In this document: in pieces, positions 60,536-64,000 of the stretch
Numbering within the stretch: position 1 is the stretch's first letter
Layout of the letters: each line of letters opens with the position of its first letter
From: an uncultured Alcaligenaceae bacterium
Lineage (GTDB): Bacteria; Pseudomonadota; Gammaproteobacteria; Burkholderiales; Burkholderiaceae_B
Length of the DNA stretch: 64,000 nucleotides
Assembly: GCA_937896225.1 (NCBI GenBank)
Contig: CALBMZ010000063.1
Coordinates: 74,200 to 138,199, forward strand
Direction: 5' to 3'
Made by a program: the position numbers and the translations under genes
Notes under the pieces: generated by a model
Told to the model about the DNA's origin: nothing
Databases searched by the model: none
The model's input: the letters and a program-made list of their open reading frames with translations, nothing else

Positions 60536-60901
60536 TTAAAACTTCAGACCGGCTTCACGCGCGGCTTCTGCCAATGCTTTTACGCGACCGTGGTAGCGAA
60601 AGCCTGAACGATCGAAGGCTACAACCTCAATTCCTGCAGCCTTGGCTTTTTCTGCCACACGCTTACCGATAATTGATGCCGCTGACGTATTGCCACCTAA
60701 ACCAGTTGATCCACTAAGCGCTTGACGCACTTCAGCTTCAACAGTTGAGGCGGACACTAAAATACGATCACCTTCGGGCGAAATAATGTTTGCGTAAATG
60801 TGCTGATTCGAACGAAAAACTGTGAGACGATTAACACGTAACTCAGATATTTTTCGGCGAGTCGGGATTGCACGACGCAAACGGGAGATCTTCTTATCCA
60901 T
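60536..60901 (-). CDS. rplR: 50S ribosomal protein L18
   Basis: [16 protein letters not shown]...[26 protein letters not shown]. Confidence 0.97.
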   Translation of the reverse strand: MDKKISRLRRAIPTRRKISELRVNRLTVFRSNQHIYANIISPEGDRILVSASTVEAEVRQALSGSTGLGGNTSAASIIGKRVAEKAKAAGIEVVAFDRSGFRYHGRVKALAEAAREAGLKF

Positions 60902-60921
60902 GAATGTTCCTTGTTTGCGTA

Positions 60922-61455
60922 TTATTTCTTTTTAGTTTCTTTGATGATGACTTTTTCATCTGCATAACGAACACCCTTGCCCTTGTAGGGCTCAGGTGGA
61001 CGGTAAGCGCGAATCTCTGCAGCCACCTGACCAACAACTTGTTTATTCACACCCTTGAGAATAATCTCAGTTTGAGTTGGACAAACTACACTAACGCCAT
61101 CCGGCATGTTGTGCATAATGTCATGTGAAAAGCCAAGCTGTAATTTTACTTGTTCACCTTGAACTTGAGCACGATAACCAACACCTATAAGTGTAAGCTT
61201 GCGCTCAAAACCTTTAACAACACCATTAACCATATTTGCAACGAGGGCTCGCAACGTACCAGACATAGCTTTTGCGTGACGAGAATCGTTTGCAACAACA
61301 AACAATAATTTGTCATTTTCTTGGTTAATAATGACATCACCAGTAAGATGTTGTTTTAGGGTACCTAAAGGACCTTTTACAGTAATTGAAACAGCATCAA
61401 TGCTAGCCTCAACTCCTTTTGGTAACTCTACTGGATTTTTAGCAATACGTGACAT
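60922..61455 (-). CDS. rplF: 50S ribosomal protein L6
   Basis: [16 protein letters not shown]...[10 protein letters not shown]. Confidence 0.97.
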   Translation of the reverse strand: MSRIAKNPVELPKGVEASIDAVSITVKGPLGTLKQHLTGDVIINQENDKLLFVVANDSRHAKAMSGTLRALVANMVNGVVKGFERKLTLIGVGYRAQVQGEQVKLQLGFSHDIMHNMPDGVSVVCPTQTEIILKGVNKQVVGQVAAEIRAYRPPEPYKGKGVRYADEKVIIKETKKK

Positions 61456-61467
61456 AGTTTTATTTCC

Positions 61468-61863
61468 TTACGCTACGTAGCACAAGACTTCGCCGCCAAC
61501 GCCTGTAGCGCGAGCTTTGCGATCGGTCATAACGCCGCGCGAGGTTGAAACAATGGCTACACCCAATCCGTTCATAACGGTTGGAATGCTCGTTTGGCCT
61601 TTATAAACACGCAATCCAGGGCGTGAAACACGCTCTATACGTTCAATAACTGGGCGTCCTGCATAATACTTAAGAGAAATCTCTAACTCGGGCTTTGCAA
61701 CTGTGCCTTTAATTTCGAAACTTTCAATATAACCTTCGTCCTTTAGAACTGCAGCAATTGCAGTTTTAATCTTAGAACTAGGCATTGTGACAGTTGGTTT
61801 GTCGACCTGCTGCGCATTACGAATGCGTGTCAGCATATCGGCGATCGGATCGCTCATGCTCAT
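61468..61863 (-). CDS. rpsH: 30S ribosomal protein S8
   Basis: [13 protein letters not shown] motif, 131 aa. Confidence 0.97.
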   Translation of the reverse strand: MSMSDPIADMLTRIRNAQQVDKPTVTMPSSKIKTAIAAVLKDEGYIESFEIKGTVAKPELEISLKYYAGRPVIERIERVSRPGLRVYKGQTSIPTVMNGLGVAIVSTSRGVMTDRKARATGVGGEVLCYVA

Positions 61864-61873
61864 CTTGAATCTC

Positions 61874-62179
61874 CTACCAGCTAGCCTTGGTCATGCCGGG
61901 TATCTCACCCTTCATGGCCAATTCACGCAGTTTGTTGCGGGCTAAACCGAACTTGCGGAAAACTCCGCGCGAACGGCCCGTTATCGCACAGCGGTTACGC
62001 TGGCGGGTGGGGTTTGAGTTACGCGGCAACTGCTGAATTTTCAAACGAGCATCGTAACGCTCTTCATCAGTTTTAGTTGCATCGTCAACTATTGCTTGAA
62101 GCATTGCACGTTTAGGTGCGTACTTCTTTGCAAGTTCAAGACGCTTAATATCGCGGTTGATCAGTGAAAGTTTTGCCAC
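61874..62179 (-). CDS. rpsN: 30S ribosomal protein S14 (long, non-zinc form)
   Basis: 101 aa with [41 protein letters not shown]. Confidence 0.97.
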   Translation of the reverse strand: MAKLSLINRDIKRLELAKKYAPKRAMLQAIVDDATKTDEERYDARLKIQQLPRNSNPTRQRNRCAITGRSRGVFRKFGLARNKLRELAMKGEIPGMTKASW

Positions 62180-62191
62180 GGTGCCGGCCCC

Positions 62192-62731
62192 TTAGTTACG
62201 AAACGGAAAGCCAAAGGCTGTTAATAACGCCTTAGCTTCTTCGTCAGTCTTAGCAGTTGTAGTGATACTAATATTCATACCACGCAAAGCGTCGATTTTG
62301 TCATACTCGATTTCAGGGAAAATGATTTGCTCTTTAACCCCAACGTTGTAATTACCACGACCATCAAAAGCACGACCTGAAATACCACGAAAGTCGCGCA
62401 CACGCGGAAGCGCTACACTGATTAGACGGTCTAGAAATTCGTACATACGCTGACCGCGTAATGTCACCATACAACCAATTGGGTAGTCTTCACGAATTTT
62501 GAAGCCTGCAATTGATTTACGGGTTTTTGTCACAACTGGTTTTTGACCTGAAATCTTCGTCAAGTCAGAAACAGCATGCTCTATTACTTTTTTGTCAGAT
62601 ACTGCTTCAGAAACACCCATATTCAGCGTAATTTTGCTAATACGAGGTACCTGCATAGGACTTGTATAAGCAAACTTTTCTTTAAGTTGTGGGGTAATAG
62701 TTTCTAAAAATATAGTGTGAAATCGTGCCAT
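62192..62731 (-). CDS. rplE: 50S ribosomal protein L5
   Basis: 179 aa with KITLNMGV...[20 protein letters not shown]. Confidence 0.97.
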   Translation of the reverse strand: MARFHTIFLETITPQLKEKFAYTSPMQVPRISKITLNMGVSEAVSDKKVIEHAVSDLTKISGQKPVVTKTRKSIAGFKIREDYPIGCMVTLRGQRMYEFLDRLISVALPRVRDFRGISGRAFDGRGNYNVGVKEQIIFPEIEYDKIDALRGMNISITTTAKTDEEAKALLTAFGFPFRN

Positions 62732-62743
62732 GTCAGATGCCCC

Positions 62744-63064
62744 TTATGCCTTTGCGCCGACAACTTCGCCGCTTGAGCGAAATATACGGACTTTGCGGCC
62801 ATCTACTTCTTTAATGCCGACACGGTCGGCTTTACCCGTGGCCGGGTTGAATAAAGCAACATTAGAAATGTGCATGGGCATAGATTTCTCAACTATGCCG
62901 CCAGTTGTTCCCTGCATGGGGTTAGGCTTTACGTGCTTCTTAACAACGTTAATGCCTTCAACCAAAACTCGTTCTGCGTCAACGCGAGCTAAGATTGTGC
63001 CACGTCGCTGACGATCACGGCCAGTTAACACTATAACTTCATCACCTTTGCGAATTTTTTCCAT
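62744..63064 (-). CDS. rplX: 50S ribosomal protein L24
   Basis: [20 protein letters not shown] motif. The start is set at ATG 63064. The track ORF extends 13 codons into rplN. Confidence 0.96.
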   Translation of the reverse strand: MEKIRKGDEVIVLTGRDRQRRGTILARVDAERVLVEGINVVKKHVKPNPMQGTTGGIVEKSMPMHISNVALFNPATGKADRVGIKEVDGRKVRIFRSSGEVVGAKA

Positions 63065-63074
63065 GTCGCGCTCC

Positions 63075-63443
63075 TTAAAGCACTTCAGGCGCAAGCGACA
63101 CAATCTTCATGAACTGTTCAGTACGCAATTCGCGCGTAACTGGTCCAAAGATACGTGTGCCGATTGGCTCAAGTTTGGCGTTTAACAATACAGCAGCATT
63201 GCTACCAAATTTAATCAAAGAACCGTCTTTGCGACGTACGCCTTTGGCTGTACGCACAACTACGGCGTTATATATTTCGCCTTTTTTAACGCGACCTCGA
63301 GGGGCAGCGTCTTTAACACTTACTTTAATAACATCGCCTATTGAGGCGTAGCGACGCTTTGAACCGCCGAGTACTTTGATACACATTACATAACGTGCAC
63401 CAGTGTTATCGGCCACGGTAAGCGTGGTCTGCATTTGGATCAT
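63075..63443 (-). CDS. rplN: 50S ribosomal protein L14
   Basis: [17 protein letters not shown] start, with SD AGGAAA upstream. Confidence 0.98.
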   Translation of the reverse strand: MIQMQTTLTVADNTGARYVMCIKVLGGSKRRYASIGDVIKVSVKDAAPRGRVKKGEIYNAVVVRTAKGVRRKDGSLIKFGSNAAVLLNAKLEPIGTRIFGPVTRELRTEQFMKIVSLAPEVL

Positions 63444-63632
63444 GATTTTTCCTGTTCCAACTTAACTCATCATTAAAATACAAAACAATATTGTTAAAGT
63501 ATTTTACTTTTGTGCCAGTTTTGGTCCCGTCAGGCAAAAGCCCTGGGTTGAAATCTGCCGAAATTCCTGTTTGCTTATTTAATTAAGAAAAATAAATAGA
63601 CATTTCAGGAAAGCTTTCTATCTTAACTCAGT

Positions 63633-63659
63633 AAAAAAAATAATGCAAGTTAAACATTA
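63633..63659 (-). terminator. weak terminator-like element after rpsQ
   Basis: The minus strand has a 5-bp AT-rich stem (UAAUG / CAUUA) with a 9-nt loop, followed by T8 (plus-strand A8 at 63633-63640). The stem is weak, so function is uncertain. Confidence 0.3.
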
Positions 63660-63679
63660 CATTTTTTACCGCTTAAATA

Positions 63680-63955
63680 TTAAATGTCACGTGAGGCTTC
63701 AATTAATCGAGTAACAACCCAAGATTTATCACGTGAAATAGGGCGCGCCTCTGCAATTTCAACTGAATCACCCATTTTGTATTGATTCGTTTCATCATGC
63801 GCTTTGTATCGAGCTGAACGCATAATAACTTTACCTAATACGGGATGCTTAACTCGACGTTCGACCATAACAACAACAGTTTTATTCATCTTGTCGCTGA
63901 CAACTTTACCAGACAAAGTACGCTGGCGTTTAACAGTTTCTTGAGCTGTCGTCAT
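63680..63955 (-). CDS. rpsQ: 30S ribosomal protein S17
   Basis: 91 aa with [30 protein letters not shown]. Confidence 0.97.
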   Translation of the reverse strand: MTTAQETVKRQRTLSGKVVSDKMNKTVVVMVERRVKHPVLGKVIMRSARYKAHDETNQYKMGDSVEIAEARPISRDKSWVVTRLIEASRDI

Positions 63956-63956
63956 G

Positions 63957-64000
63957 TTAGGCCCCTGCCTTTTCTGTCAAAAGTGTACGAGCACGTGCGA
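63957..64000 (-). CDS. rpmC: 50S ribosomal protein L29, C-terminal fragment (5' end outside window)
   Basis: Hand translation of the minus strand gives ...[13 protein letters not shown] followed by TAA (63957-63959). Compare the E. coli L29 C-terminus VARVKTLLNEKAGA. It ends 1 nt before the rpsQ ATG. Confidence 0.85.
   Translation of the reverse strand, partial: ARARTLLTEKAGA

Overview
This is a gene-dense chromosomal segment that reads as core genome of a betaproteobacterium. The Burkholderiales-like assignment is an inference from remembered gene order, not from a search. GC content is moderate by eye. It is lower in the ribosomal-protein block and lowest in one low-complexity stretch of dsbD. 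Almost every ORF over 100 aa carries recognisable family motifs.

Gene order along the window:
- hslV (3' end) and hslU, then a PduO-type cobalamin adenosyltransferase.
- Minus-strand block: lipA, lipB, ybeD-like, dat, a DD-carboxypeptidase and an alpha/beta hydrolase.
- A 4-gene Mla/MCE-like transporter.
- birA and coaX.
- Minus-strand LPS block (GntR/FCD regulator, rfbD, waaC, waaA), divergent from rfbBAC.
- An XRE-like regulator with an EamA exporter, then an ArgP-like regulator with a LysE-type exporter.
- Minus-strand run: FmdB zinc ribbon, DUF502, aspS, an EEP-family protein and a GT2 glycosyltransferase.
- A GMC oxidoreductase, then ilvE with a methyltransferase.
- ssb and an MFS transporter, divergent from uvrA.
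- A cysteine-rich secreted hypothetical, a dGTPase-like protein and a fused aroK-aroB, divergent from mrcA.
- cyaY, then a lptM-like lipoprotein and lysA, then an MFS transporter.
- Cytochrome c4, resB and ccsB; engB and hemB; an MFS transporter; dsbD.
- The alpha and spc ribosomal-protein operons and the tail of the S10 operon (rplQ through rpsQ, plus the rpmC 3' end). This includes rpmJ, which the ORF track missed.

I recognised no rRNA, tRNA, CRISPR array, transposase, integrase or phage gene.

Verdict on the hunt: the window has no unassigned multi-gene space, so I cannot support a self-contained, previously undescribed system. The items most worth a second look are:
- The MCE/Mla-like module, which has a STAS-like domain fused to its permease, a long helical tail on its MCE protein and a PqiC-like lipoprotein.
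- The FCD-type GntR regulator at the head of rfbD-waaC-waaA, opposite rfbBAC, with a thrice-repeated GTCATTT/AAATGAC motif in the shared control region.
- The in-frame aroK-aroB fusion and the 47-bp mrcA junction where pilMNOPQ would be expected.
- The EEP+GT2 pair coupled to aspS.
- An 8-cysteine secreted orphan coupled to the dGTPase-like gene.
- Several unexplained hairpins and unusually long spacers inside the ribosomal-protein operons.

All functional calls rest on motif recognition by eye. No database search or computation was run.
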